Source: Bacteroidales bacterium (GTDB lineage Bacteria; Bacteroidota; Bacteroidia; Bacteroidales; P3). Taken from it: 64,000 nucleotides of DNA. The notes below the pieces were generated by a model that did not search any database, was not told the DNA's origin, and saw only the letters and a list, made by a program, of their open reading frames with translations. A program made the translations under genes and the position numbers. Where the stretch lies: contig JAFVBA010000004.1 of assembly GCA_017480245.1 (NCBI GenBank), forward strand, positions 11 through 64,010, read 5' to 3'. Numbering within the stretch: position 1 is the first letter of the stretch; every line of letters begins with the position of its first letter. Shown here piece after piece: positions 37,484-47,052 of the stretch.

Positions 37484-39508
37484 GTGGTTTTTCAAACCGT
37501 GGCTTTGCAAAAAAATAACAAACAGGTAATTGAATTGAATAAGTCTTTTTTTTATATTAGTTTCTTGCTGTGTGCGTTATGCAGTTGGGCGCAAGACAGT
37601 ATCAAAACCGTAAATCTGGACAGTGTATCGGTAAGTGCAAAACGTATTGAGTTACAACAAAACGCTCCGAGCGGAGATAAGTTAAGCAGAAAGCAACTTG
37701 AAATCATTAACACCCAAAATGCCGGAGATGCCGCTAAGTTTTTAGGCGGTGTTATGGTCAAAGATTACGGCGGATTGGGCGGAGTCAAAACCGTAAGCGT
37801 GAGGGGATTGTCTTCCAATCACACTTCGGTTTCTTATGACGGGATAAACATTTTTGACAATCAAAGCGGACAGATTGATTTAAGCAAATATTCTCTGTCA
37901 AGTGTTAATTCCCTGTCTTTAGCCAATGCAGGATTCAATTCTTTTATCCCCACTGCGTCCTCATTAGCCTCTTCGTCAAGCGTGAATATTGAAACAAAAA
38001 AGCCCGATATGGGGTCAAGGCAATTAAAAGGCGATGCTGCATTGTCTTACGGCTCTTTCAATATGTTTAACGGCAATTTGTTTTTGGCAACCAAGGTTTC
38101 AAACAAAGATATTCTGACATTGCTAACCGATATGACCAACACAAACGGACGTTATTCTTATAAAATATATTACGGTGCCAATCAACAACTTTCAACCCAG
38201 ACAAAGAAAAGAGAAAACAACGATTTGTTCTCTTATCACGGCGAAGCAAATTGGTTTCATTCCTTTTCGGCGAAACAAAATCTGAAAACAAAAGTGTATT
38301 ATTACTATTCCAACCGCGGATTGCCGTCAAACGTTAATCTGTATTATCAAAATTCCAAACAGAGATTGTGGAATAATAACTTTTTTGCGCAAACGGATTT
38401 CTCCTCTTATATAAACGACAGACTGACTTATAAGAATAAATTAAAATTTGATTGGAATTACACCCGTTATAACGACCCTTATTATCTGGGAGCGCCCGAA
38501 GGACAAAACGATGAGTACAAACAAAACCTTGTCTATATGAATAACGCCGTCAGATACTTGATTAGATATAATTTTTCGGCAACTCTGACAAACGATGTTT
38601 CTTTTTCGTCGCTTAATTCCACAATTTTAGATGACAAACCTGCGAGATTGTCTTCCCTTACGGCACTTGTTTTGGATTATAAATTAAAAGATTTTACTTT
38701 TTCTGCAAATGCTGTTCATTCTTTCTTCAATGACAACTACCAAAACGCAAATAAAACCCGTAACTACTTATCTCCGTTCATTAGTATCCGATGGGATAAA
38801 GAGAATTTCTCTTCTACGCTTTTTTATAAGAATATTTTCCGAATGCCTACGTTTAATGAATTGTATTATAGGCGAATGGGGGACAGTAATTTGAAACCTG
38901 AGAAAACCAATCAACTGTCTTGGGCAAATGTTTTGACAATAGAAAATCCGCAATATACAATTCAGCCCGAGATTGACTTATATTATAATAATGTAAAGGA
39001 CAAAATCGTTGCCATACCCAAAACAAATATTTTTCTTTGGACAATGCTTAACTACGGCAGGGCGGATATATACGGTATTGACTTGAAAATCAACTCTGCA
39101 TTCAGAATTGCTTATACACAACTCACGTTAAAACTCAACTATTCCTATCAAAAATCCGTTGATATGGACAAACAATCGCCTACATACAAGCAAGATTTAC
39201 CTTATATGCCTGAAAATATCGGCAGTGCGGTACTTGGTGCGGATTATATGCAATATCATTTCGGTTATACGTGTTTGTATGTCGGCGATAGGTATTCTTT
39301 GCAGGAGAATATCCCTCAAAATCTGTTGAAATCCTATTTTGACCATTCTGCATGGGTAAGTTATGATTTGAATTTCAAAAATAAACGTATTGAAAACCTT
39401 AATTTGATGTTTTCCGTTGCCAATATATTTAACAAACAATACGAAGTAATCCGCGCTTATCCTATGATGGGCAGAAATTTCAACTTTAAAATTCAACTAA
39501 AATTCTAA
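37484..39508 (+). CDS. TonB-dependent outer-membrane receptor (BtuB/CirA size class)
   Basis: Plug region after the signal peptide (SWAQDSIKTVNLDSVSVSAKR) and a C-terminal aromatic residue (...FKIQLKF). The start is uncertain. Confidence 0.8.
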   Translation: MVFQTVALQKNNKQVIELNKSFFYISFLLCALCSWAQDSIKTVNLDSVSVSAKRIELQQNAPSGDKLSRKQLEIINTQNAGDAAKFLGGVMVKDYGGLGGVKTVSVRGLSSNHTSVSYDGINIFDNQSGQIDLSKYSLSSVNSLSLANAGFNSFIPTASSLASSSSVNIETKKPDMGSRQLKGDAALSYGSFNMFNGNLFLATKVSNKDILTLLTDMTNTNGRYSYKIYYGANQQLSTQTKKRENNDLFSYHGEANWFHSFSAKQNLKTKVYYYYSNRGLPSNVNLYYQNSKQRLWNNNFFAQTDFSSYINDRLTYKNKLKFDWNYTRYNDPYYLGAPEGQNDEYKQNLVYMNNAVRYLIRYNFSATLTNDVSFSSLNSTILDDKPARLSSLTALVLDYKLKDFTFSANAVHSFFNDNYQNANKTRNYLSPFISIRWDKENFSSTLFYKNIFRMPTFNELYYRRMGDSNLKPEKTNQLSWANVLTIENPQYTIQPEIDLYYNNVKDKIVAIPKTNIFLWTMLNYGRADIYGIDLKINSAFRIAYTQLTLKLNYSYQKSVDMDKQSPTYKQDLPYMPENIGSAVLGADYMQYHFGYTCLYVGDRYSLQENIPQNLLKSYFDHSAWVSYDLNFKNKRIENLNLMFSVANIFNKQYEVIRAYPMMGRNFNFKIQLKF

Positions 39509-39573
39509 TTACTAATTTTTTATTTGAATTTTTTGCTGCCCTTTGTGAATTTTTTGCTGCCTTTACGCAATAA

Positions 39574-39687
39574 TCCGCCGCCCTTTGCGGAGAAATTTTC
39601 AAAAAAAGAGTTTTTTTAACCCGAAAAAAGAGTTTTTTTGATATAAAAAAATAGTTTTTTTCAAAATAATATGCGAAAGGGCGGCAG
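39574..39687. repeat. Repeat family B copy between the receptor and lipoprotein genes
   Basis: CCGCCCTTTGCGG...AAAAAAAGAGTTTTTTT x3 ... GCGAAAGGGCGG. Confidence 0.75.
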
Positions 39688-39773
39688 AAAATTTCTTTGG
39701 GGCTGCAATAAAAACCGTAAGGGCAACGTTATTACAAAAATAAAAAATAACAAACAATAAAAATAATTTAAAG

Positions 39774-40904
39774 ATGAAGAAAAAAATTCTGACAATCAGT
39801 AGATTGTTGTCATTGGTTTTGATGGCAACGATGTTTTTTGCGTGCGGTGATGACACGAAAAAAAAAGAAGAACCGTTGAATGCCGCAGTTGATGAAACCC
39901 CGAGCGGTAATACCTCTTTAATATCCGCAACTGACAAAGGTCTTTACGTTCTTTGTGAGGGTACTTACGGACATTTCAACTCTGCAGTGGATTTTTACAA
40001 CACTCAGACCCAAACGGCATTGACCGATGCGTTCAACCAAATTAACGGCTTAGGAATGGGAGGCACTGCCAACGATATGTTGGAGGTTGATAACTACATT
40101 TTCGTTGCTGTAACCGATGATGCAATGGTCAGAGTGTTGAACAAAGACAATATGACTGTATATAAACGTTTTAAAATCGTGGATGACAACGGCATAAACA
40201 GACAACCGCGCCATCTTGTCTATAATAACGGCAATGTTTATGTGTCTTGTTTTGACGGAAATGTGGTAAGAATAAACGTAAATCAGATGGCAATAACGGG
40301 AGTTGTGCAAACAAAAGGAAGAAATCCCGAAGGTATTGTGATAAATAACGGAAAGCTTTTCGTAGCAAATTGCGGCGGATTGTCTTTCCCTAACTATGAC
40401 AAAACGGTTTCGGTGATTGATTTGCCGGCATTTAGTGTTGATAAAACGATTGAAGTTGCCAGCAATCCTACTCAACTACAGGTTTTCGGCAATTACGTTT
40501 ATTCGCTTTCAATGGGTGATTATTCTGCTTTGCCTGTGCTTAGCAAAATATCGGCATCGGATTACACGGTGGAAAATACCCAATCCATCGCCGCAACAGA
40601 GATAAAAATCTACGGCAATTATATGTATTATTTCTATAAAGACTATGCTAAGAATACTATTTCGCTAAAAAAGATGAATCTTAACACAATGCAGCAGGAA
40701 GAATTCGCCGTTGCGCCTGAGGATATGAAAACTCCTTACAAGATTACGGTAGCGGACGATATTGTTTTCATAACAGACGCTGTTGATTACGTAACAGGCG
40801 GAAAGGTCTTTGCATTTGATTTGAACGGAGTATTGCTTTACAAATTTAATACCTCAGTCGGACCGAATACGGTTATAATCAAAAAAGGCATATCGGCCGT
40901 TTAA
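39774..40904 (+). CDS. Surface lipoprotein, predicted beta-propeller (YncE/DUF5074-like)
   Basis: Lipobox FFACGDD. Repeated blade-like segments (NYIFVAV, GNVYVSC, GKLFVAN, NYVYSLS, DIVFITD). Confidence 0.6.
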   Translation: MKKKILTISRLLSLVLMATMFFACGDDTKKKEEPLNAAVDETPSGNTSLISATDKGLYVLCEGTYGHFNSAVDFYNTQTQTALTDAFNQINGLGMGGTANDMLEVDNYIFVAVTDDAMVRVLNKDNMTVYKRFKIVDDNGINRQPRHLVYNNGNVYVSCFDGNVVRINVNQMAITGVVQTKGRNPEGIVINNGKLFVANCGGLSFPNYDKTVSVIDLPAFSVDKTIEVASNPTQLQVFGNYVYSLSMGDYSALPVLSKISASDYTVENTQSIAATEIKIYGNYMYYFYKDYAKNTISLKKMNLNTMQQEEFAVAPEDMKTPYKITVADDIVFITDAVDYVTGGKVFAFDLNGVLLYKFNTSVGPNTVIIKKGISAV

Positions 40905-40951
40905 TGAAAAGAAATATTAAGAAATGGTTTTGTAAAATCAAAAAAAATCCG

Positions 40952-40959
40952 TAACTTTG
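40952..40959 (+). promoter_or_regulatory. -7 box TAACTTTG for kdd
   Basis: TAnnTTTG match about 65 nt upstream of the ATG. Confidence 0.5.
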
Positions 40960-41024
40960 CAAATCGTTTCTGACAGAAGAGAAAAAGATAAATTTTTACT
41001 AACAATTAAAATATCAAAATTAAT

Positions 41025-42098
41025 ATGCAGAAAAAAGGAAACAAATACGGAACTCACCGTGTGATTGAACCGAAAGGTGTATTGCCACAACCGGCAAATA
41101 AGATTGACAACAATATGGATGAAATCTATGATAACGAAATCCTTATTGACGTTCAAACCCTTAACATAGACTCTGCGTCTTTTACGGATATACATAACTA
41201 TGCTAAACAGCAGGCAGGTGAAGGTGCAAGCGAAGAAAAAATTGAAGAAGAGATTAAAAAAGAAATGCTTTTGAATGTTGAACTTCAAGGCAAGCACAGA
41301 AACCGCCGTACAGGCTCGGGTGGTATGCTTTTAGGCCGTGTTGAGAAAATCGGAGACGCACTTAAAGGTAAAATAGACTTGAAAGAGGGCGACCGTATCG
41401 CAACTTTGGTTTCTTTGTCATTAACTCCGCTTCGTATTGACGAGATTTTGAAGATTAAAGCCGATGTTGATCAAGTTGATATCAAAGGTAAAGCTATTTT
41501 GTTCGAAAGCGGTATTTATGCAAAGATACCTGACGATATGCCGGAGAAACTTGCATTGTCTGCTTTGGACGTTGCCGGTGCTCCTGCGCAGACTGCAAAA
41601 CTTTGTCAGTACGGTCAGAATGTTGTTATCTTGGGTGCAGGCGGTAAGAGCGGAATGCTTTGCTGTTATGAGGCTAAAAAACGTGTCGGCGTTACAGGTA
41701 AGGTTATCGGATTGACAAACAGTCCTAAATCTACCAACAGATTGAAAGATCTTGAGTTCTGTGATGTTGTTGTTTCCGTAGCAGGCAAAACTCCTGTGGA
41801 GGTTTATGAACTTGTAAGCGAATTAACCAACGGTAAGATGGCAGATGTAACTATCAACTGCGTAAATGTACCAGACCAAGAGATGACTGCAGTTCTTTGT
41901 ACCAAGGATGACGGAGTTGTTTATTTCTTCTCAATGGCTACAAGCTTCACAAAGGCTTCGTTAGGTGCAGAGGGAATCGGCTCAGACGTTAATATGATTA
42001 TGGGTAACGGCTACACGAAAGGACACGCTGAATTTACATTGCAAGAACTTCGCGAAAGTCCGAAACTACGTAAGATTTTCGAAGAACTATACGCATAA
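41025..42098 (+). CDS. kdd: L-erythro-3,5-diaminohexanoate dehydrogenase
   Basis: The N-terminus KYGTHRVIEPKGVLPQ...NEILIDV..LNIDSASF matches the remembered Kdd family. Rossmann motif ILGAGGKSG. Confidence 0.7.
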   Translation: MQKKGNKYGTHRVIEPKGVLPQPANKIDNNMDEIYDNEILIDVQTLNIDSASFTDIHNYAKQQAGEGASEEKIEEEIKKEMLLNVELQGKHRNRRTGSGGMLLGRVEKIGDALKGKIDLKEGDRIATLVSLSLTPLRIDEILKIKADVDQVDIKGKAILFESGIYAKIPDDMPEKLALSALDVAGAPAQTAKLCQYGQNVVILGAGGKSGMLCCYEAKKRVGVTGKVIGLTNSPKSTNRLKDLEFCDVVVSVAGKTPVEVYELVSELTNGKMADVTINCVNVPDQEMTAVLCTKDDGVVYFFSMATSFTKASLGAEGIGSDVNMIMGNGYTKGHAEFTLQELRESPKLRKIFEELYA

Positions 42099-42160
42099 AA
42101 CAAATAAAATTTCTTGACTTATAGGCAGTAAAAACTTATAAGAAAAGAAATAATTTAAAT

Positions 42161-42192
42161 AAGGTATTATCAAACAGTAGAGATAATACCTT
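42161..42192. terminator. Bidirectional hairpin terminator
   Basis: AAGGTATTATC...GATAATACCTT followed by a T-rich tract. Confidence 0.7.
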
Positions 42193-42304
42193 ATTTTCTT
42201 TTAAGATTGTTTGTTTTTCTAACTTAAAACTACATTTTTCTTAAAACAATCTATTTTTTAGACAATTCACTTCGCTTAATTAAAATTTCCGTGAAATAAA
42301 TTGT

Positions 42305-42937
42305 CTATTTCTTATAGCCTATTGTCTGGAAAAGTAAAATTCTTTGGTATTTACCCAAATCAAGTATCTCCGCAACTTCTTTTTCTTGGTGAGCAGCGTA
42401 ACGTGTTACCGTTCCGAGATTTTTTTTCATACCGTCAGCGGCAAGATACATATTCTCACTGACGTAAGCAGCCGACATAGCAGCGAAAGTAAAGGCGCGG
42501 TGATGGTCTTTTTCCACGTCAAATTTCTCCAAATCGGAAACGATGGCAATATTTGTAACTTTGCCTGCAAAACCATTCGGTCTGTCTGTGTCTTTTCTGT
42601 AATCGCCTTTTTTAATCAACTCCAACGTGTTTTCTTTTGCGTTATAAAGATAGATTCCTTTCTCCATAAAGACATAAAGTGTGATGTCCTGACGGTTCAT
42701 TGCCGTAGGGGCGGTACGTTTTTCGCCATGCGAGTAACCGAATCCTGCCCACAGGATAGTAGATAGGTCATTTAAGGAAATATCTCCGTCTTTAAAACTG
42801 CGGTCAGACTGCCTTATTGCAATAGTTTTCAATATGCTTTCGCCGCCTTCTCTTTGCGGTTCGGGTAATTTGATATTCTGCGCCTTAAGGCATAACCCCG
42901 TCATCGCAAGGACTAATAATAATGTTACTTTTTTCAT
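42305..42937 (-). CDS. Nitroreductase-fold (SagB/ThcOx-like) protein with a signal peptide
   Basis: RQSDRSF and ILWAGFG motifs typical of the nitroreductase family. Confidence 0.65.
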   Translation of the reverse strand: MKKVTLLLVLAMTGLCLKAQNIKLPEPQREGGESILKTIAIRQSDRSFKDGDISLNDLSTILWAGFGYSHGEKRTAPTAMNRQDITLYVFMEKGIYLYNAKENTLELIKKGDYRKDTDRPNGFAGKVTNIAIVSDLEKFDVEKDHHRAFTFAAMSAAYVSENMYLAADGMKKNLGTVTRYAAHQEKEVAEILDLGKYQRILLFQTIGYKK

Positions 42938-42987
42938 ATTCTGTATATTTTTATGTTATTAAATTCTATTAAAACTAATTATTGTTA

Positions 42988-43316
42988 TTATTTGTCGTTA
43001 TAATGTCCGTATTCGGAGATAACTATAACGATTACTTCCGTATCACGTATTTCGTAAATCAAACGGTGTTTGTCTGTTATGCATCTTGACCATTGGTTTG
43101 TGCGGTTTCCTTTCAACGGTTCGGGATGTCCCGTCCCCATTTTCGGATGTTCGTAAAGTTCTTTATTAATTTGAGAGCTTTTTTGTAGGCTTGAGGTTCA
43201 TTAACAGCCTTATAATTAAGCAATGAGGCGATTTTATCCAAAAAATTAGTGTCCGTAGTCTTACGGATTGTCTTTATAATATCGTTTCTTCGCCTTTCCA
43301 ATGTCATTGCTGCCAT
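42988..43316 (-). pseudogene. Decayed Txe/YoeB-type toxin-antitoxin module (antitoxin N-terminus fused and frameshifted to a toxin lacking its N-terminus)
   Basis: The toxin-frame reading ...QINKELYEHPKMGTGHPEPLKGNRTNQWSRCITDKHRLIYEIRDTEVIVIVISEYGHYNDK* has no start codon and an in-frame stop upstream. The 67-aa ORF 43113..43316 is in another frame. Confidence 0.6.
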
Positions 43317-43349
43317 ATCAACTCCTTATTTTTATTAAAAACTGTGGTG

Positions 43350-43357
43350 CAAAGATA
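43350..43357 (-). promoter_or_regulatory. -7 box (TATCTTTG on the minus strand) upstream of the TA remnant
   Basis: The plus strand reads CAAAGATA. Confidence 0.45.
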
Positions 43358-43389
43358 AAATAAATTTTTCAATTGCCAAAATCCTGTAC

Positions 43390-44724
43390 TTATTTATGAA
43401 ATTTCCGTCTTAAAGTCTTATGAAACCGTGTGTGATAGAGAATTCCTGCGGTTATTAAGCCGAACATAAATCCTGCGAAGATACTCCACGTTCCTAATTT
43501 CAAAACAAATCCGCACAGGTATGCACTCGGCAATGCCACAAACAGATAAGCAATTACTGCATACAGCATCGGACGGGTTACATCGTTAATTCCTCTAAGC
43601 CCTGCAAGACCCGAAACCTGCGTTCCGTCAATTAGTTGGAACACTCCCGCAACTAAAAACAACGAATACGCTATTTGGATTACTTCGGCGTCATTAGAAA
43701 ACAACATTGCTACATATCTGCCAAAGAAAATGAAGATTAACGCCACCGTTCCCATAATTAACAGAACCATTTTCCACCCTGCATAAAACTGTTTCTTGAT
43801 TTCCTTTTCGTCATTCAGCCCGTAAGCGTGCGAAACCAACACGGTAGTTGCCGAACATATACCGCTGGCGGCGAGAAATGAGGTAGAAATCATTGTATTT
43901 ATAATCTGGTAGGATGCAAGTGCCGCCGTAGAAACCCAACCCATCATAATAGTTATACCGAATAACGAAAAAAACTCTATAAACATCTGTCCTGCAATTG
44001 GAACTCCGATTCTCAAGAGGCATTTGTGCATATAAAACGACAATCTCTGCCATTGGAACTGCTTAATATACATCTTGTAATCCTTACTTACCCGAATATA
44101 AATCAAAAATGCGATAGGGGACAACAGACGTGAGATAAAAGTAGAAAGACCTGCCCCGAAAACTCCCATAGGTGCGAATCCCAACTTACCGAATATAAAA
44201 ACCCAGTTAAGAAATATATTTAACACGTTAGCCGATATAGTTATTATCATCGCCGCTTTCGTATTGTCAATACCTTCAAGGAACTGTTTGAATGTCAAAA
44301 ACCATAACATTGGAATAAATGACAACGCCACGATAACGTAATAAGATTTGCATTCATTAATAACCTCTGTCGGTTGTCCGAAAAGATGTAAAAAGGGGAG
44401 AAGTCCTAACAAAACCGCCACCAGTAGCAATGACAACAAAGTATTAAGCGACAAAGAATTTTCAAAAAGATTTACTAAGATGTCTTTTTTGCCTTTGGCG
44501 TAATTTTGTCCTGTTAAGGGTGTGAGAGCCATTGATATTCCCATACCGATAACTAAAGCGTTATAAGTAAGTGCGAATGCGAATGAAACGGCTGCCAAAG
44601 ATGCCGTCCCCAATGTGCCTACCATCAAAGTATCAACCATTTGTACGAGTTGCTGACCTAATGACGACAACATAATAGGCAACGCCAACTTAAGATTTTG
44701 TGAATACGGATTTTTACTTTGCAT
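43390..44724 (-). CDS. MATE family efflux transporter
   Basis: 444 aa, 12 TM segments, with the N-terminus LALPIMLSSLGQQLVQMVDTLMVG typical of MATE. Confidence 0.85.
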   Translation of the reverse strand: MQSKNPYSQNLKLALPIMLSSLGQQLVQMVDTLMVGTLGTASLAAVSFAFALTYNALVIGMGISMALTPLTGQNYAKGKKDILVNLFENSLSLNTLLSLLLVAVLLGLLPFLHLFGQPTEVINECKSYYVIVALSFIPMLWFLTFKQFLEGIDNTKAAMIITISANVLNIFLNWVFIFGKLGFAPMGVFGAGLSTFISRLLSPIAFLIYIRVSKDYKMYIKQFQWQRLSFYMHKCLLRIGVPIAGQMFIEFFSLFGITIMMGWVSTAALASYQIINTMISTSFLAASGICSATTVLVSHAYGLNDEKEIKKQFYAGWKMVLLIMGTVALIFIFFGRYVAMLFSNDAEVIQIAYSLFLVAGVFQLIDGTQVSGLAGLRGINDVTRPMLYAVIAYLFVALPSAYLCGFVLKLGTWSIFAGFMFGLITAGILYHTRFHKTLRRKFHK

Positions 44725-44807
44725 TATCCTTACGGTATCCCTCGTAATTAATGTTTTAAGTGTTGTTTATAATGTTTTAAAAACTCCATCTATTTTATTC
44801 TGAGGTG

Positions 44808-44815
44808 CAAAGGTA
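44808..44815 (-). promoter_or_regulatory. -7 box (TACCTTTG on the minus strand) for the MATE gene
   Basis: The plus strand reads CAAAGGTA. Confidence 0.5.
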
Positions 44816-44902
44816 CGAATAATTTGTTGAAAATAGGTAATCAAACGGCAAAAAGTTATTGTAATACCGCATTTTGTGAGATTCTTTCTTGAAAACAATC
44901 TT

Positions 44903-44990
44903 AAAAAACCTATGTATTTTTGTCAAAAAACCCAGGTTTTTCGTTTCAAAAACATAGGTTTTTTATTCAGAAAACCATGGTTTTTCAAAA
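44903..44990. repeat. Family-B-like cluster of A5-6/N/T5-6 mini-palindromes
   Basis: AAAAAACCTATGT...AAAAAACCCAGGTTTTT...AAAAACATAGGTTTTTT...AAAACCATGGTTTTT. Confidence 0.6.
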
Positions 44991-45101
44991 TTAAAATCAA
45001 AAAAGAATTCTTTTTAATGAGGTTTTGCAATTTTTTCAAGTGTTGATGCAATAACAAATACCCTTTTGCGTTTAAGGAATATGATTAAAATTTTGACGAA
45101 A

Positions 45102-45509
45102 ATGAAAAAAGTAATTTTCTTTTTAAGTTTTGTTATCTCGTTGGCACTTGCCGACAATGTTAATGCACAAAAAGATAATACGGATTCGTTTGATAACGAA
45201 ATATTTGTAGTTGTTGAACAATCGGCGCAATTCCCGGGCGGATTGGATGCTATGTCGGATTTCATACAAAAGAATCTTAAGTACCCGAAGAAAGCAAAAA
45301 AGCACGGCACTCAAGGTATGGTTTTCGTTTCTTTTGTTATTGAAAAAGACGGACGCCTTTCCAATATCAAAGTTGTGCGTGATATCGGGGACGGTTGTGG
45401 AAAGGCTGCGGTGAAAACGGTTAAGAAGATGCCGAAATGGGAACCTGCCAAACTGAGAGGTAAAGCCGTAAGACAACAATTTAACTTGCCGTTAAATTTT
45501 CAACTATAA
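45102..45509 (+). CDS. TonB C-terminal domain protein (energy transducer TonB-like)
   Basis: Signal/anchor sequence, then a TonB_C-like region: AQFPGG..A...FI..NLKYP..A...G.QG.V.V.F. Confidence 0.75.
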   Translation: MKKVIFFLSFVISLALADNVNAQKDNTDSFDNEIFVVVEQSAQFPGGLDAMSDFIQKNLKYPKKAKKHGTQGMVFVSFVIEKDGRLSNIKVVRDIGDGCGKAAVKTVKKMPKWEPAKLRGKAVRQQFNLPLNFQL

Positions 45510-45532
45510 CCTAACGCAAAAAGCAATAAAGG

Positions 45533-45560
45533 CACCGTAAAATCAAATGACATTACGGTG
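45533..45560. terminator. Hairpin terminator between convergent genes
   Basis: CACCGTAA...TTACGGTG followed by TCTTTG. Confidence 0.6.
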
Positions 45561-45628
45561 TCTTTGCTATATATTACGATTTATTCGCAAGTAATTTCTT
45601 TCTTATCACTATTCCAAACGCTGAAATC

Positions 45629-46573
45629 TTATTTCTCCAACCAAGAAACTATATTGTTTTTAACTATTTCAATTCTTTCGTCAAAACTTTCGCGTGTTGC
45701 AAAGGCGATATGAGGAACGCAGACGCAGTTTTTCGCATTCAACAACGGATGGTCTGAACTTAGCGGCGGCTCTTTCTCATATACATCAATGCCTGCACCA
45801 AGTAATCTGCCCTCATGTAGCATCTGTGCCAAAACGTCCATATCCACCACATTTCCGCGTGCAGTGTTGATAATTATTGCTGAAGACTTGCAAAGCGAAA
45901 GCATCTTTGCGTCAATAAGATGATAAGTTTCCTCCGTCAATGGCACATGCAAAGAGATAATGTCGCTACTTTGCATAAGCGTTGGCAAATCCACGTATTT
46001 TATTCCTTGTCTTGTGTATTGCAGATGCTCTTTGCGTGAATTGGCAAGCACATTGCAACCGAAAGCTTTAAGTAATAATGCAGTACGTCTGCCGATTGCT
46101 CCCATACCAACTATACCTACGGTTTTGCCTTTTAGTTCTGTTCCAAGGAAATTATTTCTTGTTCCGCCCACACGGATATTTGCATTCATCTCACTTAACT
46201 TTCTCATAACGTCAAGCATCAAACCGATAGCCAATTCACTTACCGCTTCGGTAGCATAGCCTGCTGCGTTGATGATTTCAATATTGCGTTCCTTGCAATA
46301 AGCAACGTCAATATGGTCTATGCCTGTGAAAGCAACGGCAAGAAGTTTTATATTCGGACAATGGGATAAAACTTCCTTTTTAAGCGGAATGTTTGAAATG
46401 ATTACTACATCGCTGTCCGCAATACGTGAAATAAGTGTTTCATTATCTTCTTTTCTGTCTTTGTAAAGGGTAAAAGTGCAACTGTATTTTGCAAATAATT
46501 CTTTTAATTCCTGTTCTTTTGCGTCGTTTATGCCGATAGGTTCAACGGCAATTATCTTTAAATTTTCTTTCAT
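45629..46573 (-). CDS. D-isomer-specific 2-hydroxyacid dehydrogenase
   Basis: NAD motif GIVGMGAIGRR, and the catalytic-region HIAFAT motif. Confidence 0.8.
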   Translation of the reverse strand: MKENLKIIAVEPIGINDAKEQELKELFAKYSCTFTLYKDRKEDNETLISRIADSDVVIISNIPLKKEVLSHCPNIKLLAVAFTGIDHIDVAYCKERNIEIINAAGYATEAVSELAIGLMLDVMRKLSEMNANIRVGGTRNNFLGTELKGKTVGIVGMGAIGRRTALLLKAFGCNVLANSRKEHLQYTRQGIKYVDLPTLMQSSDIISLHVPLTEETYHLIDAKMLSLCKSSAIIINTARGNVVDMDVLAQMLHEGRLLGAGIDVYEKEPPLSSDHPLLNAKNCVCVPHIAFATRESFDERIEIVKNNIVSWLEK

Positions 46574-46608
46574 CGCAATTAATTATTTAAAACCTTAAAA
46601 TTTCATTG

Positions 46609-46616
46609 CAAAGTTA
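46609..46616 (-). promoter_or_regulatory. -7 box (TAACTTTG on the minus strand) for the dehydrogenase
   Basis: The plus strand reads CAAAGTTA. Confidence 0.5.
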
Positions 46617-46657
46617 CATAAATTTTTTGTTTTTTTTGTCAATTAAAAAACATTTCG

Positions 46658-46665
46658 TACTTTTG
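46658..46665 (+). promoter_or_regulatory. -7 box TACTTTTG for the WG-repeat remnant
   Basis: TAnnTTTG match about 35 nt upstream of the ATG at 46699. Confidence 0.45.
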
Positions 46666-46698
46666 CAACATCGAAATAATAAAGTATTTAGACAGAAG

Positions 46699-46889
46699 AT
46701 GAATAATATTAAGAGAATCATATCACTTTTACTTATTATTACAGTACTGTTTGCCTGTAATAATAAAGTCCCGCAATTTGATGGGGCAGGAGATTTTTAT
46801 TTTTAGACGGATTGGCAAGAATTAGGATTGGAGATGAGAAAACAGGTAAATGGGGATATATAGACAAAACAGGAAAGATTGTTTTTTAG
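46699..46889 (+). pseudogene. Frameshifted and truncated WG-repeat (KWG) lipoprotein remnant
   Basis: Lipoprotein signal MNNIKRIISLLLIITVLFAC...FDGAGDFYF*, followed in the -1 frame by LDGLARIRIGDEKTGKWGYIDKTGKIVF*. A T5 run at 46794-46798 is the likely slip site. Confidence 0.6.
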
Positions 46890-46951
46890 AATAAAAGAAC
46901 AGTAAGTATTCTTCATGTTTTTAAGAAAACAAAATCTTTCATATTAAAAAG

Positions 46952-46984
46952 AGCGGACTGAAGTTTTTATTTCTTCAGTCCGCT
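46952..46984. terminator. Bidirectional hairpin terminator
   Basis: 12-bp stem AGCGGACTGAAG / CTTCAGTCCGCT flanked by A/T runs. Confidence 0.75.
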
Positions 46985-47052
46985 TTCATTTTTAAGGATT
47001 TCATGTTTTTTTTAAGGGCTTTACAGTCTTTAGTTTTTTATGAATATCAGTT

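Noticed and set aside
39599-39937. 112-aa minus-strand ORF, and similar ORFs at 26580..26762 and 61511..61693
   Set aside because: They are poly-K/F low-complexity translations of the A/T-tract family-B repeats. 39599..39937 also overlaps the start of the lipoprotein gene on the other strand.
40938-41297. 119-aa minus-strand ORF overlapping the kdd start
   Set aside because: It is low-complexity (F/N/K-rich) and antisense to the kdd 5' end and its promoter region, with no promoter box of its own.
45014-45479. Minus-strand ORFs 45014..45310 and 45123..45479, and plus-strand ORF 45211..45414
   Set aside because: They overlap the well-supported TonB_C-domain gene (45102..45509) and have no motifs.
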